Source: Candidatus Binatia bacterium (GTDB taxonomy: Bacteria > Desulfobacterota > Binatia > UBA9968 > JAJDTQ01). From it: a DNA stretch of 64,000 nt. The stretch lies in contig OX638375.1 in assembly GCA_951813575.1 (NCBI GenBank), forward strand, positions 1,625,042 to 1,689,041. The letters are read 5' to 3'. Shown piece by piece: positions 49,510 through 58,921 of the stretch. The notes under the pieces were generated by a model. The model ran no database searches, had not been told where the DNA came from, and saw only the letters and a program-made list of their open reading frames with translations. The stretch's first letter is position 1; every line of letters begins with the position of its first letter. The position numbers were made by a program, and so were the translations under genes.

Positions 49510-50397
49510 ATGAAGGTTTGCACGTATGACGCGAGGCAGGCGGGGGCGGTGGTGGACGACAAGGTCTATCCCATCGGGGCGGCAATGGTCGCCGCCGGGA
49601 TCCTGAAGGCCGACTACACCATGGTCCAGGTCATCGAGGCGATGACCGGCAACCCGGACGCCCAGTCCTGCGTCGACGAATGCATACGGTCCGGCGACTC
49701 GGTGCCGCTGGCGCAGGTGACCCTGCGGGCGCCCGTTGACAACCCCACCTCGCTGTGGGCCGCTGCCGCCAACTACATGGACCACCGCAAGGAGATGGAG
49801 ACGCGCATGGGCGGCGGCCACCAGGAGCTGCCGGACAAGGACGACCACATGTCCCAGGACTTCCTGAAGCCGGTGTCGTCCATCATCGGCCCGGACGGCA
49901 CCGTGATCATCCCCAAGGTCTCCCACGACGTGGATTTCGAGTGCGAGCTGTGCGTGGTCATCGGCAAGACCGCCCGCAAGGTCACCGAGGAGGAGGCCCT
50001 GGACTACGTGTTCGGCTACACCATCTGCTGGGACATCAGCCAGCGGGACCCCTGGGGCCGGGGCAAGCAGAACACCCGCAACATCCGCAAGGGCTTCGAT
50101 ACTTTCAGTCCGCAGGGGCCGTGGATCGTCACCAGGGACGAGATCCCGGAGCCGCAGGACCTCTACCTCAGAGCGTGGCACAACGGCGAGCAGGTCATGA
50201 CCTCCCACACCAGCGACATGATCTGCGGGGTGCGGGACCACATCCGCTTCCTGTCGAGCGTGGTGACGCTAAGGCCGGGAGACCTCATCACCACCGGCAC
50301 GCCCGCCGGCGTTCATACGCTGCTGGACGGCGACAAGCTGAGGGGAGAGATCGAGAAGATCGGCGTGATGGAACTCAACGTCAAGGCGGAGGCCTAG
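49510..50397 (+). CDS. Fumarylacetoacetate hydrolase (FAH)-family protein
   Basis: The protein starts MKVCTYD... and has FAH-fold metal ligands (E-x-E...D). Confidence 0.75.
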   Translation: MKVCTYDARQAGAVVDDKVYPIGAAMVAAGILKADYTMVQVIEAMTGNPDAQSCVDECIRSGDSVPLAQVTLRAPVDNPTSLWAAAANYMDHRKEMETRMGGGHQELPDKDDHMSQDFLKPVSSIIGPDGTVIIPKVSHDVDFECELCVVIGKTARKVTEEEALDYVFGYTICWDISQRDPWGRGKQNTRNIRKGFDTFSPQGPWIVTRDEIPEPQDLYLRAWHNGEQVMTSHTSDMICGVRDHIRFLSSVVTLRPGDLITTGTPAGVHTLLDGDKLRGEIEKIGVMELNVKAEA

Positions 50398-50453
50398 TGT
50401 CCTGTTATGCGACTTGACCGGACAGGACACTAGAGCACGAAGAGGAGGTACTC

Positions 50454-51425
50454 ATGGAATCGATCGTCCGTGTCATGTTCTTTTTCCTGGCAGCCTTCGC
50501 ACTGGCAGCGGCGCCGGCACAGGCCGACTTCCCCAGCAAGAACATCAACTGGGTGGTGCAGTTTCCGCCCGGCGGAGGCTATGACGCCATGAGCCGGGCG
50601 TTGGCCCGCAGCCTCGACAAGTACTTGCCCAAGGGCATTCGCGTCATCGTCAAGAACGTCACCGGCGCGGGTGGCCGGCGCGGCGCCATCTTCCTGTACC
50701 GCTCCAAGCCGGACGGCCACACCGTGGGGCTCCTCGACCTCCTGGGTTTGATCTCACCCACGATCACCGCCGCGAAGAACCCCGGCTACGAGCTGGACAA
50801 GTTCCAGTGGATCGCCCGCATGGGGAACGACGCCTATACGTTGTTCGTGTCGGGGAAATCCCCGCACAAGACCCTGGACGATCTCAAGAAGCTCGACCGG
50901 CTGACCTGGGGAGTCGAGGGGATCGGCACCGGCCGATGGCTGCCGTCCTACCTGGCGGCCAAGAACCTGGGCCTGCGCTTCGACCTGGTGACGGGCTACC
51001 GCGGAACCGGAGACAGCGTGCCCGGCCTGATGCGGGACGACTTCGTCACCTGGTTGAACCCGAGCGAGCACTCCACGGTGGGGCCGCTGGCGCAAGGCGG
51101 CGATCTCCGTTGCATCGTCCACCTGGCGCCGAAACGTTCCTGGGCCTGTCCGGACACGCCCACATCCGCGGAGCTGGGCAACGGGTACCTCAGCAGCGTC
51201 CTGCGGCTGGTGGCCCTGCCGCCCGGCGTCCCGCCCGCGACGGCGAAGAAGCTGGAGGAAATCGTGGTCAAGGCCATGAATGACCCGTTGTTCACGGACT
51301 GGGCCAAGAAGAGCGGCACCCCCATCGATCCGGGCGACTCGGCGGCCGCGGTGGCGTCGGCCAACAACCTGATCGGCCATGTGAACAAGGAGGCGGACGG
51401 CATCCGCAAGGCGTTGAAGAAGTAA
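50454..51425 (+). CDS. Tripartite tricarboxylate transporter substrate-binding protein (TctC/Bug family)
   Basis: It has a signal peptide and the Bug-family core (YPSKNINWVVQFPPGGGYD). Confidence 0.8.
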   Translation: MESIVRVMFFFLAAFALAAAPAQADFPSKNINWVVQFPPGGGYDAMSRALARSLDKYLPKGIRVIVKNVTGAGGRRGAIFLYRSKPDGHTVGLLDLLGLISPTITAAKNPGYELDKFQWIARMGNDAYTLFVSGKSPHKTLDDLKKLDRLTWGVEGIGTGRWLPSYLAAKNLGLRFDLVTGYRGTGDSVPGLMRDDFVTWLNPSEHSTVGPLAQGGDLRCIVHLAPKRSWACPDTPTSAELGNGYLSSVLRLVALPPGVPPATAKKLEEIVVKAMNDPLFTDWAKKSGTPIDPGDSAAAVASANNLIGHVNKEADGIRKALKK

Positions 51426-51478
51426 CACGGGACGCGCCCGGTTCCTTTCGGGCAACGATAACCGAAACGAGGACAACC

Positions 51479-52606
51479 ATGCCGGGAGTCATCGACGCTG
51501 ACACGCACATATCCGAGTCGGAGGGGATGTGGGAGCTCATGGAGCCTTCCATGCATCCCCGCCGGCCGGTGATGACCGAGGTGCCGGACGATACGCTGTA
51601 CGCGGACATCAACGTCCTGTGGCTGATCGACGGCAACCTCTTTCCCAAGCCCGCCGGGAGGGGCGGCTTCCGGCTGGTGACGCCTTCGCGCTCCAAGGGC
51701 CAGGTCCGGCGCAAGGACGTGCTCACCGCGTGCCGGGAGATCACCGACGTGCCGGCGCGGCTGGCGGACATGGACAAGCTCGGCGTGAAGGTCCAGGTCA
51801 TCTACCCGACCCTGTTCCTGGTCTACCTCACCGACGACCCGGAGCTGGAGACCGCGCTGTGCCGGGCCTACAACGACTGGATGGCCGACGTGTGGTCCAA
51901 GTCCGGAGGGCGGCTCCGGTGGGTGGTGGTGCCGCCGCTGCACTCCATGGAAGCCTCGCTGGAAGAAATGCGGAAGGGCAAGGCCAACGGCGCGGTGGGG
52001 GTCACCCTGCGCGGCCTCGAGAGTGACCGCAGCATCGCGGAACCCTACTTCTACCCCATCTACGAGGAGGCCGAGAAACTCGACCTGCCCATCTGCATAC
52101 ACACCGGGTCCGGCTCCCGCACCCTGCTCAACCTCTTCGACCTGGCGGTCAGCTCGGTGTTCGCGAACCAGGTGGTGCTGCCCCTGTTCGCGTTCCGGGA
52201 CATCGTCGCCAACCACCTGCCGGCGCGATATCCCGGCCTGCGGTTCGGTTTCATCGAGGCCAAGGCGAGCTGGATCCCCTATCTGCTGCATCTGCTCCGG
52301 CGGGAATCCCGGGCCGCGGTGGCCGGCGGCCGAAATGCCATCCAGCGCCCCCGCTGGAGGCACGAGACCAACGTGGAGATGTTCCGCGACTACCGCATCT
52401 ACGTGGCCTGCGAGGCGGACGAGGACCTGCCCTACCTGCTCAACTACACCGGCGAGGACAACCTCCTCATCGGCTCGGACTACGGCCATACCGATCCCGC
52501 CCACGAGCCGCGCATGGTGGACGTGATGCGGGCGCGGGAGGACGTCCCCGCCGGCGTCATCGAGAAGATACTGACGGACAACCCGAAGCAGTTCTACGGC
52601 CTCTGA
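51479..52606 (+). CDS. Amidohydrolase-2 family protein, paralogue 2
   Basis: The protein starts MPGVIDADTHI... and has the same fold as 39973 and 55497. Confidence 0.7.
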   Translation: MPGVIDADTHISESEGMWELMEPSMHPRRPVMTEVPDDTLYADINVLWLIDGNLFPKPAGRGGFRLVTPSRSKGQVRRKDVLTACREITDVPARLADMDKLGVKVQVIYPTLFLVYLTDDPELETALCRAYNDWMADVWSKSGGRLRWVVVPPLHSMEASLEEMRKGKANGAVGVTLRGLESDRSIAEPYFYPIYEEAEKLDLPICIHTGSGSRTLLNLFDLAVSSVFANQVVLPLFAFRDIVANHLPARYPGLRFGFIEAKASWIPYLLHLLRRESRAAVAGGRNAIQRPRWRHETNVEMFRDYRIYVACEADEDLPYLLNYTGEDNLLIGSDYGHTDPAHEPRMVDVMRAREDVPAGVIEKILTDNPKQFYGL

Positions 52607-52688
52607 CGGGGGCAGGCCGAAACCGGGCGCCTCCCGCGGGTGCGCGCCCCCAGGGCACGGCCTGCTGCGATTCACGGGAGGCGCCACA

Positions 52689-53510
52689 GTGGCGGATTCA
52701 CAAGAGACCATGGGTGAGAGGGCGGCGCGGGAAGTCGGCGTGCTGCTGGGCAAGTGCGCGGCCGGGGAGGCGGAGGTGGCCGCGACCTACTTCAGCCGGC
52801 CGCGGCCCAGGGAAGACCACATCCGGTTTCTCATACAGCAGACCGGGCGGGAGCTGACCCGGGTGTTCCAGTTGGGCGGCCTGCTGGCCAACCAATTGGC
52901 CGGGCTGGGCGTCACCGTCGACCGGCACACCTACCTGGAGACCCTGGAGAAGCTCCACGAGGAAACCAACCATTACGTCATGTGCCACGACGTGCTGGCC
53001 TGGCTCATGGGCGAGCCTCCCTTCATCGGCGAGCTTCGGCGGTACGACATCTTCAATCCCGACCCGACCCTCCCGGAAAACGACGCCAGCGTCCAACTGT
53101 CCCGCGAGAAGAAGGCCATCGAGGACGAGCTGGCGGCGGAGGGGGCGCCCTGGGCGGCCCTGGTCGGGGACGAAGGGGTGCTGGAGGGCGGCGGCTCGGG
53201 CACGTTCTTCGCCTGCAGCCGGATCGGGGGCGGCGAGTTCGAACGCCGGCTGGCCGAAGCGATGAAAGTGGTCCTGGACGACGAGCTGCGGCACGGCGCC
53301 GACCAGTTGGAACGGTTCCACGAGCTGGAGTTGACCGAGGAAGACCTGGAGCGGATCAAGGAGTACGTCAAGCGGCACGGCAACGCGCGCGTGCGGTTCC
53401 GCAACGCCCAGTTCAACTATCCCCTGAGCGAGGAGCGCATGCGCGAGATCGAAGCGGGAGAGATCGAGCCGTTGTACGTCTGGGAAGAGGTCGCGCGGAG
53501 CGGGTCGTGA
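52689..53510 (+). CDS. Hypothetical protein with two E-x-x-H motifs ([15 protein letters not shown]); possible ferritin-like / di-iron fold
   Basis: The 273-aa ORF has no confident family match. Its stop overlaps the GTG start of kbl. Confidence 0.4.
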   Translation: MADSQETMGERAAREVGVLLGKCAAGEAEVAATYFSRPRPREDHIRFLIQQTGRELTRVFQLGGLLANQLAGLGVTVDRHTYLETLEKLHEETNHYVMCHDVLAWLMGEPPFIGELRRYDIFNPDPTLPENDASVQLSREKKAIEDELAAEGAPWAALVGDEGVLEGGGSGTFFACSRIGGGEFERRLAEAMKVVLDDELRHGADQLERFHELELTEEDLERIKEYVKRHGNARVRFRNAQFNYPLSEERMREIEAGEIEPLYVWEEVARSGS

Positions 53511-54697
53511 CGCACGCGTTCGTCAACGATCTCGCCGCACGAATCGAGACCCTCAAGGCCGAAGGCTTGTTCAAGCAGGAGCAGGTCCTCGCCTCGCCGC
53601 AACAGGGGGAGATCACCCTGGAGACCGGCGCGGGCTGCATCAATCTGTGCGCCAACAACTACCTGGGACTGTCCAATGATCCCCGGCTGATCGAGGCCGC
53701 CAGGAAGGCGTTGCGCGAGTACGGATTCGGCATGTCGTCGGTCCGGTTCATCTGCGGCACCCAGCTTCCCCACAAGCGGCTGGAAGCGCGCTTGAGCGAT
53801 TTCCTGGGGACGGAGGACACGATCCTCTTCCCCAGTTGCTTCGACGCCAACACCGGTCTGTTCGAGAGCCTCCTGGGCCCCGAGGACGCGGTCATCTCGG
53901 ATGCGCTGAACCACGCCTCCATCATCGACGGCGTACGCCTGTGCAAGGCGCAACGGTTCCGCTACGCCAACAACGACATGGCGGACCTGGAGGCGCGGCT
54001 CGTGGAGGCGCGGGACGCCCGCTATCGCCTGATTGCCACCGATGGCGTGTTCTCCATGGACGGCACCATCGCCGACCTGCCGGCCATCTGCGACCTGGCC
54101 GGACGATACGACGCCATGGTCATGGTCGACGACAGCCACGCCGTGGGCTTCGTCGGCGCCACCGGCCGTGGCACCCCCGAGCACTGCGGCGTTGCCGGGC
54201 GCGTGGACATTCTCACCGGGACCCTGGGCAAGGCCCTGGGTGGAGCCGCCGGCGGATATGTCTCGAGCCGCGGCGAGATCGTCGAGTGGCTGCGTCAGCG
54301 TGCGCGTCCCTACCTTTTCTCCAACACCCTCGCCCCGGTGATCGCGCAAACGGGCCTGACCGCCCTGGACCTCCTGACGGCCTCCACCGAGCTGCGCGAC
54401 CGCCTGTGGCGCAACGCGAGCCACTTCCGCTCGAAAATGACCGCCCTCGGGTTCGAGCTCCTTCCGGGCGAGCACCCCATCGTGCCGCTGATGCTGCGCG
54501 ACCCGAAGCTGGCGCAGGCCTTCGCCGACGCGCTGCGGGAAAGGGGCGTGCTGGCGACCGCGTTCTCCTTCCCGGTGGTGCCGCGAGGGCAGGACCGGAT
54601 CCGCGCCCAGATGTCGGCGGCCCACACCATCGAGGTCCTGGACCGCGCCATTGACGCCTTCGCCGTCGTGGGGCGCGGCCTGGACGTCATCCGGTAA
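53507..54697 (+). CDS. kbl: Glycine C-acetyltransferase (2-amino-3-ketobutyrate CoA ligase), alpha-oxoamine synthase family
   Basis: It aligns closely with E. coli Kbl along its length ([52 protein letters not shown]). It is 396 aa from the GTG. Confidence 0.9.
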   Translation: MTHAFVNDLAARIETLKAEGLFKQEQVLASPQQGEITLETGAGCINLCANNYLGLSNDPRLIEAARKALREYGFGMSSVRFICGTQLPHKRLEARLSDFLGTEDTILFPSCFDANTGLFESLLGPEDAVISDALNHASIIDGVRLCKAQRFRYANNDMADLEARLVEARDARYRLIATDGVFSMDGTIADLPAICDLAGRYDAMVMVDDSHAVGFVGATGRGTPEHCGVAGRVDILTGTLGKALGGAAGGYVSSRGEIVEWLRQRARPYLFSNTLAPVIAQTGLTALDLLTASTELRDRLWRNASHFRSKMTALGFELLPGEHPIVPLMLRDPKLAQAFADALRERGVLATAFSFPVVPRGQDRIRAQMSAAHTIEVLDRAIDAFAVVGRGLDVIR

Positions 54698-54720
54698 GCA
54701 CCGGGAACAAAGGAGCGCGC

Positions 54721-55488
54721 ATGTTTTCTCTGAAGGGACACACCGCCGTCGTCACCGGCGGCGCCAACGGCATCGGCCTCGCCACCACCCACAGGCTGGC
54801 CGAAGCCGGCGCCAACGTCGTCATCGCCGACATCAACGAGGAGGCCGGTGTACGGGCGGCAGACGAGCTGACGGCAAGGGGCGCCGGCGCGCTGTTCGCC
54901 AAGACGGACGTCACCCGGGGCAGCGACGTGGATGCCCTCATCGCCGCCGCGACGGACCGCTTCGGGTCGTTGGAAATCCTGATGCCTTTCGCCGGGATCG
55001 GAATCGAAAAGCACGCCCTGGAAACCACCCGCGAGGAATGGGACCGGACCATCGCCATCAACCTTACCGGCAGTTTTCTGGTCATGCAGGCCGCCGGCCG
55101 GGTCATGGTCGAGGCGGGGTACGGCAGGATCGTGGCGATGGCCTCCATCTCCGGCATGCGGGGAGGTACCGGACGGACCGCCTACGGCGCTTCGAAGGGC
55201 GGCGTGATTACCATGACCCGTGTGATGGCCCTGGAGTGGGCCGGGACCGGGGTAACCGTCAACGCGCTGGCGCCCGGCCCGGTCGACACCGCCTTGACCC
55301 GGAAAATGCACGACGAGGAGACCCGCCGCGCGTATGACCGCGCCATTCCCATGCGCCGCTACGGCCTTCCGGAAGAGGTGGCGCACGCCGCCGTGTTTCT
55401 GGCGTTACCGGAGTCCGGCTACATCACCGGCGTCACGCTGCCGGTGGACGGCGGCTTCACCTCGAGCGGCGTCATCAAGCGGGATTGA
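54721..55488 (+). CDS. Classical short-chain dehydrogenase/reductase (SDR)
   Basis: It has TGGANGIG, NAG and YxxxK motifs. Confidence 0.85.
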   Translation: MFSLKGHTAVVTGGANGIGLATTHRLAEAGANVVIADINEEAGVRAADELTARGAGALFAKTDVTRGSDVDALIAAATDRFGSLEILMPFAGIGIEKHALETTREEWDRTIAINLTGSFLVMQAAGRVMVEAGYGRIVAMASISGMRGGTGRTAYGASKGGVITMTRVMALEWAGTGVTVNALAPGPVDTALTRKMHDEETRRAYDRAIPMRRYGLPEEVAHAAVFLALPESGYITGVTLPVDGGFTSSGVIKRD

Positions 55489-55496
55489 ACCCGGGC

Positions 55497-56603
55497 TCAA
55501 AGTCTGTAGAAGGCCAGGCCGTTCTCGCGCAGGATCTTCTGCTTGACCGCCTCGGAGATGTCGGTGCGCTCCCGGAGCTCCTCGATCCCGGTCTCGCGGG
55601 CCTCGGCATGCGGGATATCGCCCTCGATGAGAATCTGGTCCTCTCCCACCAGATCGATGACCTGGGGCAGGAAAGGCTCCTCCGCCTCACAGGTCACGTA
55701 CACCCGCCCTTCCTTGAGATACTCGCTGGGCGGCTTGTTCGAGCGGTTTCCCAGCATCGCCACCACCGGATGGTAGTGGTCCATGCGCCCGACCATGTAA
55801 GGGATCCATTCGGAACCCGCCTCCAGAAAGGCCACCCGAAGCTTCGGAAAGCGGTCGAGCACGCCACCGCCCACGATGCTGAAAAAGCCCATGAGCACCG
55901 GCAGCGTGAAGCTCAGGATCAAGGACGCGTAGGGGTCCTCGCAGGTCTGGGTGAGGCCGGGGGCGCTCCAACCCGTATGGATACACACCGGAAGGTCCAC
56001 GTCGCAGGCCGCCGCGTAGAATGGCGACAGGTCCGGGTGGTGCAACAGCCGCTGGCCGGCGGTGCCGCCGATCATGAGCCCCACGGCACCCATCTCCCGG
56101 GCACGATGCACTTCGGCCACGCCGGCGTCGCGGTCCCGCATGGGGATGACCGCCGCCCACTTGAGGCGGTCGGGCCTCTCGCCGCACCGTTGCGCGACCC
56201 AGGTGTTGTAGCTCCGCATCAAGGCCGCCTCGAACCTCGCGTCTTCCGTGAGCCGGTGGAAGAGAATGGACGAGTAGATCACCTGGATGTCGATGCCGAA
56301 GGCGTCCAGGTCCTTGATGCGGGCGTCGATATCGGTCATGCCCTGGCTGCCGATGTTGAATATCTTGTCCCGGGCGAACTTCATCTCCAGGGGGGTGCCG
56401 CTGAACGTCGTGCCCGTCCCCCACAACCGCGGATGGATCTGGCCGTCGATGAGCCACCACGCGTCGATGTGAGAATTGGTGGCCAGGCCCTCTCCCTGCA
56501 CCACCATCGGCCTTCTGTCCCGAAACTCCCGGTCCAGATGGTCCCACGTCTCCGGGACCTCCATCACGTGCGAATCCGCGTCAACGACATCAATGGTTTT
56601 CAT
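55497..56603 (-). CDS. Amidohydrolase-2 family protein, paralogue 3
   Basis: The protein starts MKTIDVVDADSHV... Confidence 0.7.
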   Translation of the reverse strand: MKTIDVVDADSHVMEVPETWDHLDREFRDRRPMVVQGEGLATNSHIDAWWLIDGQIHPRLWGTGTTFSGTPLEMKFARDKIFNIGSQGMTDIDARIKDLDAFGIDIQVIYSSILFHRLTEDARFEAALMRSYNTWVAQRCGERPDRLKWAAVIPMRDRDAGVAEVHRAREMGAVGLMIGGTAGQRLLHHPDLSPFYAAACDVDLPVCIHTGWSAPGLTQTCEDPYASLILSFTLPVLMGFFSIVGGGVLDRFPKLRVAFLEAGSEWIPYMVGRMDHYHPVVAMLGNRSNKPPSEYLKEGRVYVTCEAEEPFLPQVIDLVGEDQILIEGDIPHAEARETGIEELRERTDISEAVKQKILRENGLAFYRL

Positions 56604-56662
56604 CGGATCTCCTCACCGGACCGCCGGCTCTTTCCTGCCGCCCTCGCTCCCGCCCGGACTAT

Positions 56663-56679
56663 GGGACAATCATTGTCCC
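56663..56679. promoter_or_regulatory. 17-bp dyad GGGACAATCATTGTCCC in the regulator-amidohydrolase intergenic region; a candidate operator
   Basis: It has 8-bp arms around a central C. It lies 60 bp upstream of the amidohydrolase start. Confidence 0.35.
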
Positions 56680-56887
56680 GTGTCAACGCCGGGTCCGACC
56701 CTCCGGCCACCAGGGGTCTATCGGGTTTCCGTGACTCCATGCGAACATGAATCTCCAGACGGCGCTACTCCCGTACAGTCGTATTTACGTCCAGGACATG
56801 ATGTTAAACTCGTTCCTTTGAGCTCTCGCATCGTGTGTATTTCGGACCGGCCGTATGGGGCGGAAACGGGAATGGTCGTCAGGATCG

Positions 56888-57502
56888 TCAGCAGGCGATC
56901 TTTTCCGTGGCGTCCTTGTCGGCCAGGACGCTGCCGGACTGGCAGACGACGAGAACACTCGCGTCGGCCTCACCCATCGCCGCGAGACCGTGAGGCATTT
57001 GGGCGTCGAAATGGACGGATTCGCCGGCCTTCAGAACGATGGCGCTGTAGGGCTCCATAAAGAACTTTACGGAACCGTCGAGGACGTAGAGAAATTCTTC
57101 TCCGGTCCGCGAACTCAGCACCGTGGGCTCGTCGTGGCCCTTCGGCACGCGGATCAGCCTGGGTTCCAGGGTCTTTTTGGACAACTCACTGCTCAACACG
57201 AGGTTTTCGCCCAACGGGGTTTGGTACCGGAGTCCGTCCCCCAGGCGATTGACGGTCCTGGAGCCGTGCGCGAAGCTGGAAAAGCTTCCGCCCCGGAACA
57301 ATTCGGCCAGATTCAGGCTGAGGCCTTCGCACAGGCGGACCAGCACGTCGTAGTTGGGCGACGTCTGATTGTTCTCGATCTTGGAGAGGGTCGAAACCGC
57401 GACTCCGGTCTTCGTGCTGACGGTCGAAAGGGTCCAGCCGTTCTCCCGCCGCAGTCGGCGCAGTGCCTTGCCTACGTTGTGTGAGCGTCTACCGGTGGGC
57501 AT
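56888..57502 (-). CDS. XRE-family HTH plus cupin-domain transcriptional regulator
   Basis: It has an N-terminal HTH (LSTVSTKTGVAVSTLSKIENN) and a C-terminal cupin domain. Confidence 0.8.
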   Translation of the reverse strand: MPTGRRSHNVGKALRRLRRENGWTLSTVSTKTGVAVSTLSKIENNQTSPNYDVLVRLCEGLSLNLAELFRGGSFSSFAHGSRTVNRLGDGLRYQTPLGENLVLSSELSKKTLEPRLIRVPKGHDEPTVLSSRTGEEFLYVLDGSVKFFMEPYSAIVLKAGESVHFDAQMPHGLAAMGEADASVLVVCQSGSVLADKDATEKIAC

Positions 57503-57600
57503 GATTCATATCGCGGAAAACAGTTTTCGACATGACGATACGACCGCCGCCGAATATTTCGAATACGAATCGCGGGGCCGCTTTTCGTCGATTTAACGTC

Positions 57601-58023
57601 CATCAGAACATACAACATTCCTCGACGCAAGTTTTTCTCGACCCGGTCAAAAAGGTCGACCAACCCGCGGTCAAAAAAGCCCTGCACAACATCATGAATG
57701 CTTCGAACCTGCGCAAGGCTCGCTCCCAGGCCCGCCGCCTCGCTCAACGCTGGTCGGTGGCCTACCCCAACGTCGTCAACTCCCTGCGCACAGACCTCGA
57801 CGATCTGCTCTCCTGTTTCCGCTATCCCACCTTGGAACAACGAAAGGCCGTGCGAACCACCAATGCCATCGAACGCAGGTTCCGTGAAGTCCGAAGACGT
57901 ACCCGTCCCATGGGCGTCTTCCAGGATCGTACCTCCATGGACCGTATCCTGTTCGCCGTCTTCACTCACGAAAACAGGTCCCAGGGAGTCCCCTCACTCT
58001 TCTCCCTGACACAATCCTTTTGA
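57601..58023 (+). pseudogene. IS256-family (mutator-type) transposase, C-terminal fragment
   Basis: The fragment RTTNAIERRFREVRRRTRPMGVFQDRTSMDRILFAVF is the conserved C-terminus. No DDE N-terminal part is present. Confidence 0.7.
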
Positions 58024-58272
58024 CGTTACCTCGAAAGAACACGTCCGAACTTCCTCCCATCACGGATGACAACGCGGCTGCCGGTTTTCCCGGGATATGG
58101 CACTCGTTGTCAATGCCCCCATCCGGCGACCACCTTTGTTTCCCACGCGTCAAGGTAGTATACCCCTTGACGGCGGACAGACGGGACCGACCGAGCCCGC
58201 GCCCGGCCCGGATCGCGGGACGGGGCAACGACATCCGGCGCGGCAGCGACATCCGCCGGTATCGGAGGACTC

Positions 58273-58911
58273 ATGAAACTCTACGGTTACTTCAGAAGCT
58301 CCGCGTCCTTTCGGGTGCGCATCGCGCTCTCGCTCAAGGGCCTGGACTACGAACTCCAGCCGGTCCATCTGCGCCGGGACGAGCAGCGGGCGCCGGGGTT
58401 CCTGGAACTCAACCCGCAGGGTTTGGTCCCGGCCCTCGAGGACGGCGGCACGGTCATTGCCCAATCCCTGGCCATCATCGAGTACCTGGAGGAAAGGGTT
58501 GCCGAGCCTCCCTTTCTGCCGGCGGCGCCGGCGGACCGGGCGTGGGTGCGGGCACTGGCCCAGATCGTCGCCTGCGACATCCACCCGATCAACAACCTCC
58601 GGGTCCTGCAATACCTGGAGAAAGAACTGGCCCTGGACGACGAAGCGAGAGCCGCGTGGGCGCGGCGATGGATCGAGGCGGGCTTCACGGCCATGGAGGC
58701 CATGCTCCAGGACGATTCGCGTTGCGGCGACCACTGCTTCGGCGACCGGCCGACCCTGGCCGATGTCTGCCTCGTGCCGCAGGTCGTCAACTCGCAGCGC
58801 TTCGACGTCGACATGGACCGCTACCCGACCCTGGCCCGGATCTACGGGAACTGCATGCGTCTGTCCGCCTTCGCGGACCAGGCTCCGGAACGGCAACCCG
58901 ACGCCGAATGA
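58273..58911 (+). CDS. maiA: Maleylacetoacetate isomerase (zeta-class GST)
   Basis: The protein starts MKLYGYFRSSASFRVRIALSLKGLDYE... and has the zeta-GST signature. Confidence 0.8.
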   Translation: MKLYGYFRSSASFRVRIALSLKGLDYELQPVHLRRDEQRAPGFLELNPQGLVPALEDGGTVIAQSLAIIEYLEERVAEPPFLPAAPADRAWVRALAQIVACDIHPINNLRVLQYLEKELALDDEARAAWARRWIEAGFTAMEAMLQDDSRCGDHCFGDRPTLADVCLVPQVVNSQRFDVDMDRYPTLARIYGNCMRLSAFADQAPERQPDAE

Positions 58912-58921
58912 CACTCGTATC

